Below are positions 37,144 through 47,416 of a stretch of DNA of 64,000 bases, in pieces (position 1 is the stretch's first letter; the number at the start of each line of letters is the position of its first letter). The stretch is from Oscillospiraceae bacterium (GTDB taxonomy: Bacteria > Bacillota > Clostridia > Oscillospirales > CAG-272). A model generated the notes under the pieces. That model saw only the letters and a list, made by a program, of their open reading frames with translations, ran no database searches and was not told the origin of the DNA. The stretch spans positions 111 through 64,110 of the forward strand of contig SVTO01000007.1 of assembly GCA_015063745.1 (NCBI GenBank), written 5' to 3'. The position numbers were made by a program, and so were the translations under genes.

Positions 37144-37527
37144 TCAGCTGTGCATCCGGTAGAGGTAATACATCACTCCGGAGACGGCCAGGAACAGCAG
37201 GCCGCAGATCAGCATGAAGCCGAAGTGCAGTTTTTTGTCCTGTCTGCTTACGCGGTAGTCATAGAATGTGTCATATTTCCGCAAGGGCTTCCGACGGAAC
37301 ATATCCGCAAAAACGGACATACCGTAGGAGAGCATATCGAAGGTACCTTCGTTGGTGGAGAAGATCAGCAGTCCGACACCGGTGATGACCACACCCACTG
37401 CGAAAAACGCATCACACAGAATATGGAATACCACAACCGTTTCTGTCTGCACAAAAATATCTTTTGCCCAGAGGATCAGAAACACAGCCAGCAGACCGGC
37501 CAGAATGGTGATAAGATACTTCTTCAT
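37144..37527 (-). CDS. DUF3899-like membrane protein, last gene of the opp operon
   Basis: 3 TM segments; LCDAFF, GTFDMLSYG, FYDY. Confidence 0.7.
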   Translation of the reverse strand: MKKYLITILAGLLAVFLILWAKDIFVQTETVVVFHILCDAFFAVGVVITGVGLLIFSTNEGTFDMLSYGMSVFADMFRRKPLRKYDTFYDYRVSRQDKKLHFGFMLICGLLFLAVSGVMYYLYRMHS

Positions 37528-37532
37528 ACGCT

Positions 37533-38612
37533 TTATTCAGCCGCTGTCTGATACTCTGCACGGTACTTTTCCAGTTCTTCCGTATTGCAGAGTACAAAGT
37601 GTCCCGGATAAACCTCCCGCATGGTAGGTTCTTCCTTGGAGTAATCGTGATCCAGCATGGGATTGTATACGATTCTCTTTCTGCTCTTTTCCGTGATCGG
37701 GTCGGGCAGAGGAATAGCGGACAGCAGGGAACGGGTGTAGGGGTGGAAGGGATGGGCAAACAGCTCGTCACTGGTACCCAGCTCAACGATCTTACCGAAG
37801 TACATAACCGCGATTCTGGTGGAGAAGTACTTGACTACCGCCAGGTCGTGGGCGATGAACATGATGGTCAGACCCATCTTTTCGCTGAGTTCGTTCAGCA
37901 GATTGATAACCTGCGCCTGAATGGAAACGTCCAGCGCGGAGATCGGTTCGTCTGCGATGATCAGCTCGGGGTTCATGATAACAGCACGGGCGATACCGAT
38001 ACGCTGTCTCTGACCGCCGGAGAACTCGTGAGGATAACGGGAAGCGTGTTCCTGTACCAGACCTACGGTTTCCAGAATCTTGTAAACCTGTTCATCAATG
38101 TATGCCTTATCCTTGACACCGCGGATGATCAGACCTTCTGCGATGATGTCGCGTACGGTCATACGGGGATCCAGAGAAGCGATGGGGTCCTGGAAGATCA
38201 TCTGGATTTCATTGGTCAGCTGGTTCTTACCCTTGGTACGGGACCATTTGTTGTGGTCAGCTACAGCGGATTTGATCTGGGCACGGTTTTCGGCGATGAT
38301 CCGGTCTCTTTCATCCTTGGAGATACGGTTTTCGGCGAAATCCTTACGTGCCTTGCGGATAGCGTCCTTGTAGGTACGGGTACCTGCGCAGATACGTTCA
38401 CCCTTGTAGTAAACGGAACCGCCGGTGATGTCGTACAGACGGATGATGGAACGGCCGGTGGTGGTCTTACCGCATCCGGATTCACCTACGAGACCGAAAA
38501 CTTCACCCTTGTAAATATCAAAGCTGACATTGTCCACCGCTTTCAGTTCACGTTTGCCGAGCTTGAAATACTGCTGGAGATTTTTGACACTGAGTAATAC
38601 TTCTTTTTCCAT
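37533..38612 (-). CDS. oppF: Oligopeptide ABC transporter ATPase
   Basis: GESGCGKTT, QMIFQDP, YPHEFSGGQRQR, DEPISALDVSIQAQ, HPYTRSLL. Confidence 0.93.
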   Translation of the reverse strand: MEKEVLLSVKNLQQYFKLGKRELKAVDNVSFDIYKGEVFGLVGESGCGKTTTGRSIIRLYDITGGSVYYKGERICAGTRTYKDAIRKARKDFAENRISKDERDRIIAENRAQIKSAVADHNKWSRTKGKNQLTNEIQMIFQDPIASLDPRMTVRDIIAEGLIIRGVKDKAYIDEQVYKILETVGLVQEHASRYPHEFSGGQRQRIGIARAVIMNPELIIADEPISALDVSIQAQVINLLNELSEKMGLTIMFIAHDLAVVKYFSTRIAVMYFGKIVELGTSDELFAHPFHPYTRSLLSAIPLPDPITEKSRKRIVYNPMLDHDYSKEEPTMREVYPGHFVLCNTEELEKYRAEYQTAAE

Positions 38613-38613
38613 A

Positions 38614-40767
38614 TCATTCTCTCTCCTTCTTCAAACGCTCGATACGTGTCTTGATCAGCTGGGGCATTTCCACCTTGGGTGCATTGGGATGCAGGAGCCA
38701 GGTAGCCGCATGATGGGTGGGCGTGATTTCAAACAGCGGCGGATCGATTTCGAAGTCGATATCCAGCGCATATTTGTTTCTTGCCGCAAAAGCATCTCCC
38801 TTGGGAGGATAGATCATGTTCGGAGGCGTACCGGGGATGGATTCCAGCTTTTCGGTGGTGTGCAGGTCGGGCATACTGCTCAGCAGCGCCCAGGTGTAGG
38901 GATGTGCGGGTTCGTAGAAAACTTCTTCGGCAGTACCGTGTTCCACGATCTTGCCCGCATACATAACAGCGATTCTGTCCGCCATATTGGCTACAACGCC
39001 CATGTTGTGGGTGATGAAGATTACGGACAGGTTTCTTTCCTTTTTGATGACATTGATCAGCTCCAGGATCTGTGCCTGAATGGTAACGTCCAGCGCGGTG
39101 GTAGGTTCGTCACAGATCAGAATGTCGGGGTTGGCGGAAAGAGCGATGGCGATAACGATTCTCTGACGCATACCGCCGGAGAATTCGAAGGGATACTGGT
39201 TGAAACGGGTGGTGGGTTCGGGAATACCTACTTCTTCCATCAGCTTGATGGCCTTGGCCTTGGCGATGCTCTTGTTCATCTTCACAACCAGACGGGAAGC
39301 CTGTTCCTTGAAGAATTCGATCATATCCAGCACGGCCTTGTTGGCATCAAAGCTGTCAGCGGCTGCAATATTGTCGGTGTAATGAGCAATCAGGTTTTCC
39401 AGAACCTTGCAGATATTGGAGAGCTTCAGATCCAGGTCAATGACGATCTGCGGCGGGAGAACCCAGTCGGGCTGCTGACCCTTGGCAACGATGGCGTCAT
39501 ACTTGGCCTTGACCTTGTTGTACTTCTTCTCTTCAATGGGATTGCGCTTGATACCTTCAAAATACTCTCTGATGGCATTATCGAAAGCGGAAGAGAATAC
39601 GTACTCAATACTTTCCTTCTTGACATTGAGACGGTTGATGGCCTTTTCCACCTTACCGCTGAGGTTCTTCTGGAAAGCATAGGACTTGCTTTCTTCAATA
39701 TTACCGGCTTTGAAATAAGCCAGCGCTTCATTCAGATCGGCCAGACAAGCCTTCTTGTTTTCGATGGACTTGTTGTGGGCATAGGCGGCACCCTTTTCTG
39801 CGGTGGCAATGAAGTCAAGCATGAAATTCTGATCGAGGAAATCTCTGGTCAGTACATTCATTTCCACAACGGAAGCGGGCAGAGAACGTAAATCGTCTCC
39901 CTTTTCGGTGATGTAGTAACCGAGGGTGAAGAAGTTCGGCTTTTCCTTGGCCAGTGCCTCCTTGACGATCGCGTGCATTTCCTTGAGTGCACCGATGGTC
40001 TGGGGAACAGCGGCCTTCTTGCCCTGTGCGGCAAAACCGGCAACAGAGGCGGCGCATGCTTCGGACTTCTTGTCCTTTACGATCACATAGGGGTTATAGG
40101 ACTGAACAAACAGCTTCTTGAAGCCTTTCAGCTCGGACTTGATATCGAAATGCTTCTGCTTTTCCAGCATGAGGATGGCATTCTCAATATCCACATCCAG
40201 CTGCAGGGCATTACCGTAGGCTTCGTTGAACTCACGTTCGATTTTGGTTGCGGCTACACAGAAAGCGTCAAACTTGGCCAGCTTCTGTGCCACGTCTGCG
40301 GCATGGGCGGAATTGTCTGCAGCGTTGATGTTGTCGCCCAGACGCTTCAGCATAGTGTTGAAGGAGTTCTTTGCATTTTTCTTACCGGTTTTTGCCTTCA
40401 GGATCATGGCTTCGGTCAGCTGCTGACCAACGCGCATGATGGGGTTCAGGCTGGACATGGGGTCCTGGAAGATCATTGCAATCTTGTCGCCGCGGAGCTT
40501 GTGAAAGTCTTCTTCGGAAATTTTCAGTAAATCCTGACCGTCATATAAAATCTCGCCGCCTTCTACGATCGAGTTGCCCGCCAGAATACCTATAATTGCT
40601 TTACTGGTTACAGATTTTCCGGAGCCGGACTCACCTACGATCGCCAGCGTTTCGCCTTTGTACAGATCAAAGGAGATGTTGCGGACGGCTTTCAAAATTC
40701 CACCTTGTGTACGGAACGATATTTGCAGATTCTTTACTTCCAATTTCTTATCCATAAATATGACCAT
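38614..40767 (-). CDS. oppD: Oligopeptide ABC transporter ATPase with ~380-aa internal insertion
   Basis: GESGSGKS, MIFQDPMSSLNP, then a long helical insert, then YPFEFSGGMRQR, DEPTTALDVTIQAQ, HPYT; alternative start 40755. Confidence 0.9.
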   Translation of the reverse strand: MVIFMDKKLEVKNLQISFRTQGGILKAVRNISFDLYKGETLAIVGESGSGKSVTSKAIIGILAGNSIVEGGEILYDGQDLLKISEEDFHKLRGDKIAMIFQDPMSSLNPIMRVGQQLTEAMILKAKTGKKNAKNSFNTMLKRLGDNINAADNSAHAADVAQKLAKFDAFCVAATKIEREFNEAYGNALQLDVDIENAILMLEKQKHFDIKSELKGFKKLFVQSYNPYVIVKDKKSEACAASVAGFAAQGKKAAVPQTIGALKEMHAIVKEALAKEKPNFFTLGYYITEKGDDLRSLPASVVEMNVLTRDFLDQNFMLDFIATAEKGAAYAHNKSIENKKACLADLNEALAYFKAGNIEESKSYAFQKNLSGKVEKAINRLNVKKESIEYVFSSAFDNAIREYFEGIKRNPIEEKKYNKVKAKYDAIVAKGQQPDWVLPPQIVIDLDLKLSNICKVLENLIAHYTDNIAAADSFDANKAVLDMIEFFKEQASRLVVKMNKSIAKAKAIKLMEEVGIPEPTTRFNQYPFEFSGGMRQRIVIAIALSANPDILICDEPTTALDVTIQAQILELINVIKKERNLSVIFITHNMGVVANMADRIAVMYAGKIVEHGTAEEVFYEPAHPYTWALLSSMPDLHTTEKLESIPGTPPNMIYPPKGDAFAARNKYALDIDFEIDPPLFEITPTHHAATWLLHPNAPKVEMPQLIKTRIERLKKERE

Positions 40768-40832
40768 TCCTTTCTTTAAGAAATATTACGGGAATCTATA
40801 CGGATTTCCCGGGTCAGCATCGGGGCGCTGAC

Positions 40833-42380
40833 TTAATCTTCGGTACCTCTGAGGGAGGGATTGAACGCGTCGCGCAATCCGTTACCGAACAGGTTGAAGC
40901 AAAGCATCAGCAAACTGATGAAAATCGAGGGGAAGAGGATCATGTGGGGATAGGTGAACAGATAGTTCTGACCGGTTGCAAGCAGAGTACCAACGCTGGT
41001 CATGTTACCGGTATTCAGGTTGATGATACCGAGGTAGCTGAGGCTGGTTTCCGAGAAAATAACACTGGGAATAACCAGTACGCTGCTGGTGATCAGAGTA
41101 CCGATAGCGTTGGGAAAAATGTGCTTGAACATGATACGGGAGTCTTTTGCGCCCAGAGTTCTTGCAACCAGAACATATTCCTGGTTCTTGAAACGGTAGA
41201 ACTGCATTCTCGTACGTCCCGCCATACCCGTCCAGCCGGTGAGGAAGAAGGCGATGAACAGGATGACAATATGGGAAACATTGAAGTGATACTTCAGCAG
41301 GGTAATAACGATCATGAAGGGGATGGATGCCAGCAGGTCAACGATTCTTTCCATGATCAGGTCGATCTTGCCGCCGTAGTAACCTTCGATGGAACCGTAG
41401 ATGGCACCTACGAACAGGTTGACGGAAGCAACGATTACGGACAGGATGAAGGAGAAACGTGCACCGCTTGCGAGACAGGTGAACAGGTCCTTACCGGCAT
41501 TGTTGGTGCCGAGAATGAAGGAAGGTTCGGTGATGCCGTCGCCTGCAACATGATGCTTGTAGATATAATATTCGCGATAGTCCACACGGATATTCCACAT
41601 ACCGCCGGACTTGGCTTCAGCGTAGTTGTACAGCTTTTCTTCGCCTTCATAGTACATTTTGCTGGTGTACATATCCGTACCGTCGTTGGCCTGGTAGATC
41701 GGAATGAAGTTGCCTTCCTTGTCGTATACGATCTGGGTCTTACGGCCGGAACCGAGCTTGGTCTTGTACCAGATGTTGGCGTTACCCTTGTCCTGTTCGG
41801 CTTCGGGACGCTGCTTGGGGTCGGTGATAGGCATGATAACCTGAACGCCGTATTCATCCTGATACTTCTGCAGAGCTTCGTATTCTGCGGTGTTGAGCAG
41901 AACGAACTTAACGCCTACAGCATCATAGGTGTCCAGACGGAAGGAGTACAGGGTGTTGGTCTTACCCATGTATTCTTCTTCACGCAGGGTGGGTTCGGTC
42001 ATGATAACCTGACGGCCGGTTTCTTCCTGAATACCGCGGTACAGGTCATAGGTGGCTTTGTTTACTTCCTTGTTCTGACCGCCATCCCAGAAATGGATAC
42101 CGGCTTTATAGAACAGTTCGTTCCGGGGCAGAACATAGGCATAGTTTACGTCTTCATACGAAACGGTGAAAGGGGTTACGATGGGACCGATGATGGCGAA
42201 GAGAACCAGCACGATGATGATGGCAAACGCAAGAATGGAAGCCTTGTTTCTGGCGAAGCGGTTCAGCGCGTCACGGAAATAGGTAACCGGCTTGGTTTCC
42301 AGCTTTTTGTCGTGCAAATTTTCCTCCGTGGAATGGAAAACGAATTTTTCGGCGGAGATCTTGTAATCTTGTGCTTTCAT
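40833..42380 (-). CDS. oppC: Oligopeptide ABC permease with a large extracytoplasmic loop
   Basis: YFRDALNRFARNK, LGTNNAGKD, EYVLVARTLGA, NLFGNGLRDAFNP. Confidence 0.93.
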   Translation of the reverse strand: MKAQDYKISAEKFVFHSTEENLHDKKLETKPVTYFRDALNRFARNKASILAFAIIIVLVLFAIIGPIVTPFTVSYEDVNYAYVLPRNELFYKAGIHFWDGGQNKEVNKATYDLYRGIQEETGRQVIMTEPTLREEEYMGKTNTLYSFRLDTYDAVGVKFVLLNTAEYEALQKYQDEYGVQVIMPITDPKQRPEAEQDKGNANIWYKTKLGSGRKTQIVYDKEGNFIPIYQANDGTDMYTSKMYYEGEEKLYNYAEAKSGGMWNIRVDYREYYIYKHHVAGDGITEPSFILGTNNAGKDLFTCLASGARFSFILSVIVASVNLFVGAIYGSIEGYYGGKIDLIMERIVDLLASIPFMIVITLLKYHFNVSHIVILFIAFFLTGWTGMAGRTRMQFYRFKNQEYVLVARTLGAKDSRIMFKHIFPNAIGTLITSSVLVIPSVIFSETSLSYLGIINLNTGNMTSVGTLLATGQNYLFTYPHMILFPSIFISLLMLCFNLFGNGLRDAFNPSLRGTED

Positions 42381-43406
42381 TTATTTCGCCCCCATTCTGA
42401 TTCTCGGGTCGATGACACCGTAGGAAAGGTCGATAACCAGACCTGCCAGAAGTCCTACCAGCAGATAGAACGCAGACAGCATCATAAAGAAGTCGTAGTC
42501 CTTGGCATTGATGGAAGCCAGATACAGACCACCAACACCGGGGATAGAGAAGATTTTTTCGATAACCAGAGAACCGGAGAGCACGCTGACGAATTCACCG
42601 ACGATGGACGGGAAAATCGGCACCATGGAGTTACGGAGCGCGTGTCTTACGGTAGCCTGGGATTTGGTCAGACCCTTGGTTCTGGCCAGAAGCATGAATT
42701 CACTGGTGAGGACTTCAGTAAGTTCGGCACGGGTGAAACGAGCGTAGCCCGCGATGGAGCCGAAGCACATACTGAAAACAGCGGGAAGCATGGACATAAA
42801 CATTTCTTTGTTAAAATACAAAGACCAGTTAAATGTACCGGGAGTATATACCAAATTCTTTTCCGGATAGGCTTTGATGATATCCGCAAAAGACGCTATA
42901 TTCAAAGGAAGTGCGTCCATCTTGAAACAGACGATGTAAAGCAGCAGGGAAGCGTACACAAAGGAAGGTACGGAGATAACAACCATAACTGCAGTACTGA
43001 TGAAATGATCCTGCCACTTATTCTTTTTGAGAGCGGCAAAAATACCGAGTGCGATACCAATGGGAATTGCAATTAAAGAAGAGTAAATATTGATTAAAAT
43101 TGTAGGGGGAAGCTTTTCAATGAAAACGTCCCAAACGGCTCGTCCGCGATATTCCGGCATACGGAAACCGATACCGAAGTCGCCTTCGAGTACGATGCGT
43201 TTTAAATACAGAACAAGCTGTTCCATAATAGGTTTATCGTAACCTCTGGCTCTGAGCTGTGCCTCTATTTTAGCTGTATCCTCACCAAATCCAACAGAGT
43301 AGTCAACCGGGAGAAGCTTGACTAAAACAAAGCAGGTTACAAAAATAATGGTAAAAGTAACGACCATCAGACCGATTCTCTTACATATATATTTGAACAT
43401 ATACAT
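42381..43406 (-). CDS. oppB: Oligopeptide ABC permease
   Basis: KYICKRI, LARTKGL, HALRNS, IEKIFSIPGVG, DLSYGVIDPRIR. Confidence 0.93.
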   Translation of the reverse strand: MYMFKYICKRIGLMVVTFTIIFVTCFVLVKLLPVDYSVGFGEDTAKIEAQLRARGYDKPIMEQLVLYLKRIVLEGDFGIGFRMPEYRGRAVWDVFIEKLPPTILINIYSSLIAIPIGIALGIFAALKKNKWQDHFISTAVMVVISVPSFVYASLLLYIVCFKMDALPLNIASFADIIKAYPEKNLVYTPGTFNWSLYFNKEMFMSMLPAVFSMCFGSIAGYARFTRAELTEVLTSEFMLLARTKGLTKSQATVRHALRNSMVPIFPSIVGEFVSVLSGSLVIEKIFSIPGVGGLYLASINAKDYDFFMMLSAFYLLVGLLAGLVIDLSYGVIDPRIRMGAK

Positions 43407-43440
43407 TTTTGTAATCTCCTTTCGCTGCCAACCAAGTTGA

Positions 43441-43473
43441 CAAAGAGGGATAGTATCAAACTATCCCTCTTTG
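43441..43473 (-). promoter_or_regulatory. Intercistronic stem-loop between oppA and oppB
   Basis: CAAAGAGGGATAGT-ATCAA-ACTATCCCTCTTTG, a perfect 14-bp stem. Confidence 0.7.
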
Positions 43474-43494
43474 CCATCATTAGCAGATGACAAA

Positions 43495-46005
43495 TTATTT
43501 GTAGTTCAATTCGCCGTCATACTTAGCAACTTCTGCTGCCCAAGCTGCGTCATCGAAGTTAAATGTCATGTACTTAACCCCGCCGTAGCTCATGAATGTG
43601 TTGTATTCATAAGTGATGTAGTCAACCTTGTAGGACAGGAGGGATGCTGCGAAGTTGTTGTAAAGAGGTACAGTGTAGTAAACCTGGAGAACTTCCTTTT
43701 CCAGAGCGGCGATCAGCTGCAGTCTCTGAGACTGAGGCAGAGCGGTTGCGCTCCAGTCGTACTTAGCACCGGAAGCACCGTTCAGACAGTCGTACCATTC
43801 CAGCAGAGTCATGGTTTCGGTAACGTCAGCACCGTCTTCGCCAACGCCAACCATGGTGAAGGTCATGGTCTGTTCAGCAGTGTTCCAAGCCTTGGAGTAC
43901 ATGTAAGAGGGGCTCAGGTAAGCCAGCAGGAAGTAGCCGGGGTCCCAAGCAGCGCCGGTCCAACCACCCATACAAACGTCATAAGCGCCAGCACGGAAGT
44001 CGTTAGACCAAGCTTCAGCAAAGTCCTTGGTTTCTACTTCGAGTCTGCCTTCCAGAGGAGTGCCAACTACCAGTTCTTTCCAAGCGTTTGCGATGTAATC
44101 AATTCTTCTCTGAACGGTTTCGTTGATAGCACCGGAACCGAAGGTCAGGAGAACCTTGTCGGTTTCCTTGATGTCGCCTGCTGCCAGAGCTTCGTCGTAA
44201 GCCTTGGTAACCAGAGCGCGTGCTGCTTCGAGATCGTAGCCGGTGATAGCATCAACAGCTGCGTCGAGAGATTCGTACTGAGTATAGTCTACGTTGTAGA
44301 TGTCGCAGAGAACCTTCTTAGCGTCGTCACTGTTTCTGTAAGCGCCGCCGTTTTCTACGTCATAGTAGTGCATGGAGTTGAACAGACCGAAGCCTTCCAT
44401 AGAGGAAGTGGTGGTCTTGGTTGCGAAGTCGTTTCTGTTGATAGCGAGAGACAGAGCCTTTCTGAAATCAACATAACTCAGGAGGGACTTGTTGATGCCT
44501 TCGGTTTCACGAGCCTTCAGCTGTGCAACGTCGGACTGCAGCTGCAGAGATGCAACAAAATCGTCGGGAGTGAAGTATGCACGTTCGCTGCCCTTGTAGT
44601 CGTCTGCAACGGTTACGTCGATGCCGATACCGTCGATTTCACCAGCCAGGAACTTCAGCCATGCAGCGTTCCATTCAGCGATGGTGTCGCAAACGATTCT
44701 GTCAGCCTGATACAGGCCGGCATTTTCTTCAACATTGTAGCCGTACCAGTTTTCGTTCTTTACGAGAACGTACTGCTTACCGGCCTGGAAGCTTTCCAGC
44801 TTGTAGGGACCCCAGCTTGCGGTGGTGTCAACGCTGGAGTTGTAGTTGGAAGTCCACAGAGTAACACCTTCGGTGGGTTCGATCTTGCAAGCTTCGAACT
44901 TTTCCTTGTGAACCAGAGGCAGAGAAGCCATGTTGTAAGCTGCCTGGTAAGACAGAGAACCGTCTTCCTTCAGCAGGGGCAGGGACTTAGCCAGAACCAG
45001 TACCAGTTCGTATTCGGTGTCGCCTACGAAGATACCAACGTCAGCAAAGTCAACTGCGGGATATTCATAGTTGTAAACCATGTAGTAGGGAACGTTTTCC
45101 GGAGGTTCGTGACCCCAGTCATCGGTGTCGATCAGCTTGGTTACCAGAGCGATGGTATCGTCGGTAACAGCTACACGGCCGTTTTCATCAGCCAGAGCCT
45201 GCAGAGCTGCGAAGGAGTCAGCATCCATGTAACCGGAGTAATCGGTAACGGTGCTGCCGCTGCACCAGCTCAGAGGTTCGGTCAGAGCAAAGTAGATTGC
45301 CTTTCCGTCGGGCTGAGTGTAAACGCCATCGTCGCCCTTAACCAGATCAGCTACGGTGTACAAACCGGACTGGCTGTTGTCAACGTAGGTGTTCTGACCC
45401 TGGTAAACGTAGTTCTGAGCGTTAGCGATTACGGTTGCGCCAGCATAGAAGGAGTCAGCTCTGTAGTTCTGGAACAGAGGATCCAGCTGCTGCTGCATGG
45501 TGTAAACGAAGTCTTCAGCTTTGATGGGGGTACCATCGTCCCACTTCAGGTCTTCACGGAGAGTGATCTTGTATGCGTAGCCGGTAGCTCCTTCGGGAAC
45601 GTTCCACTTGGTGCCAACGTAGTCGGCGGAAACGTCTTCCAGCTTGGTAGCTGCGTCATACTCCATAACGAATTCACCGGGAAGGATTTCACCGTTTTCA
45701 TCAAACTTGAAATCATAGGAGAAGAAGGAACTTCCGATATAGCTCATAATCTGAGTATCGTTGTTGTCCTGATAGGTGAGCTCGTTCCAGTTGGAAGGAG
45801 ACAGTGTGGTATACGTATTGTACGTATAGGTAGGTTCAGCGGTTTCTTCGCCGCCGGTGGTTTCGTTACCGGTAGTTTCGGTAACATCGGTGGTGTCTGT
45901 GGTTTCAGTACCGCCGGGAGTGGTCTGGCATGCAGCGAGAGACAGCATCATGAGAACTGCCAGCAGCATAGCCAGGCTGCGCTTGATAGAAAAGTTGCTG
46001 TTCAT
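43495..46005 (-). CDS. oppA: Family-5 extracellular solute-binding lipoprotein
   Basis: Lipobox LAAC; LREDLKWDDGTPIKAEDFVY, GPYKL, FRKALSLAINR; first gene of the opp operon. Confidence 0.92.
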   Translation of the reverse strand: MNSNFSIKRSLAMLLAVLMMLSLAACQTTPGGTETTDTTDVTETTGNETTGGEETAEPTYTYNTYTTLSPSNWNELTYQDNNDTQIMSYIGSSFFSYDFKFDENGEILPGEFVMEYDAATKLEDVSADYVGTKWNVPEGATGYAYKITLREDLKWDDGTPIKAEDFVYTMQQQLDPLFQNYRADSFYAGATVIANAQNYVYQGQNTYVDNSQSGLYTVADLVKGDDGVYTQPDGKAIYFALTEPLSWCSGSTVTDYSGYMDADSFAALQALADENGRVAVTDDTIALVTKLIDTDDWGHEPPENVPYYMVYNYEYPAVDFADVGIFVGDTEYELVLVLAKSLPLLKEDGSLSYQAAYNMASLPLVHKEKFEACKIEPTEGVTLWTSNYNSSVDTTASWGPYKLESFQAGKQYVLVKNENWYGYNVEENAGLYQADRIVCDTIAEWNAAWLKFLAGEIDGIGIDVTVADDYKGSERAYFTPDDFVASLQLQSDVAQLKARETEGINKSLLSYVDFRKALSLAINRNDFATKTTTSSMEGFGLFNSMHYYDVENGGAYRNSDDAKKVLCDIYNVDYTQYESLDAAVDAITGYDLEAARALVTKAYDEALAAGDIKETDKVLLTFGSGAINETVQRRIDYIANAWKELVVGTPLEGRLEVETKDFAEAWSNDFRAGAYDVCMGGWTGAAWDPGYFLLAYLSPSYMYSKAWNTAEQTMTFTMVGVGEDGADVTETMTLLEWYDCLNGASGAKYDWSATALPQSQRLQLIAALEKEVLQVYYTVPLYNNFAASLLSYKVDYITYEYNTFMSYGGVKYMTFNFDDAAWAAEVAKYDGELNYK

Positions 46006-46074
46006 GTCATTTTCCTTTCAAAGAATTTTATAATGTAACGTAACACAATACATGCATTATATTACATTGAGTAT

Positions 46075-46159
46075 ATTATATTACAAGCACCGCCACAAAG
46101 CAAGATATTTCATGAAATATTAAAATATTTGTTCATAAAATGTTTTTTTTTGTTCATAA
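46075..46159 (-). promoter_or_regulatory. opp promoter with upstream direct repeat
   Basis: Minus strand TTGCTT-N17-TATAAT (46103-46075); TTTGTTCATAA at 46128 and 46149. Confidence 0.65.
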
Positions 46160-46321
46160 TTAAATGACAGAAAATACGTGTTTTTACGTTTGTTGAATGT
46201 AAAAAATGGTATATCTGAGTCAAAACTGCTTGTTATTCAGGAAAAAACAAAAAAAACCGGGGAAACCGGCATATAAACCGGACCGGGAGCAGGTTTTTGA
46301 TGATATTGCAGCTTTTACGTA

Positions 46322-47229
46322 TCAGGAATTGGTCTTTTCCAGCTTGTCGGCGATGTATTTGCCGATGGAAGCGATGTACTGCAGAACTGCCGGACGGGTC
46401 TGGGCGGGAAACTGACCGAGACCGAGTTCGAAGTTGACCGTGTTCCGATAGCCCACATCACGCAGGGCATTGGCGGTACGTTCCCAGTCCAGCTTGCCGG
46501 TGTAGGGCAGAGTGTGCAGGTCATCGTTACCGTCATTATCGTTCAGATGGAGGGCTTTGAGACGGGGACCGATCGTGTGGATGAAATTCCGCATATCCTT
46601 GCCCAGCATCAGGCTGTGTCCTGTGTCCAGACAGAATCCGAAACGTTTTTCGCCGGCCATTTCGTTTAAGGTATCAATATACCGGCAGGCTTCTTCCGCA
46701 CTGCCGCATACATCTTCGATGATTTTTCTGGCACGTTCGGTGAACAGATTTTCAATGCACACAATTACATTGTGTTTTTCAGCGCGGGGATCAGGGAAGA
46801 GAACAGCCGGATGTTGGCATCCCAGGTTTCTTCGTCGGTCAGCTGTTCGTAGTATTCCAGATACCCCGGATGAATGACCAGGCGAGGGCAGTCCAGATAA
46901 CCGCAGAGCATAACCTGACGGTTCATCAGGTGGTCAATCCGGCGGCGGCCTTCTTCGGTTTTGTGATAGGTCGGATAGGTAGCGTGCAGTTGGCCGAAAA
47001 CGATATCGTGCTCGGCGGCAGCTTCTTTGTAGGGACGCATATGTTCCAGCAGTTCATCCTCGGAGGCGCTTTCCCAGCGGGTCAGTTCCGGATTGTCCAG
47101 ACAAGCCCAATGCTGCATCCATCCGAGATCAAAATCGATCGCATCGAAGCCGCATTCCTTCAGCATCTTCATGCCTCCCGGAATTCCGTACCAATGAAAA
47201 ATGATGTTTGATGCGAGACTGATTTTCAT
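46322..47229 (-). pseudogene. Sugar phosphate isomerase/epimerase (TIM barrel) split by a 1-nt frameshift
   Basis: GFDAIDF...VIHPG in the first frame; IENL...CLDTGH...LHLNDNDG..DLH..P..G...FE in the second; one extra A in the A5 run (46775-46779) rejoins them. Confidence 0.8.
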
Positions 47230-47416
47230 AATGTTATCCTCCTGTGTCAGGTGGTATTGATTATCCGATGGAAAAAATATCCGATTACGGTAAACCGGAA
47301 GGATATACCGGACAACCCTTCCGATGTTTTTTATAGTACAAATCCCGCCGTGATGCAAGGTGTTTTGAAAAAAATCCCCGGATAAAAATTACCCGGAGAT
47401 TCGGTTGGTATATAAT

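Noticed and set aside
36907-37217. Short ORFs over the 37.0-37.1 kb hairpins
   Set aside because: Low-complexity translations of inverted repeats.
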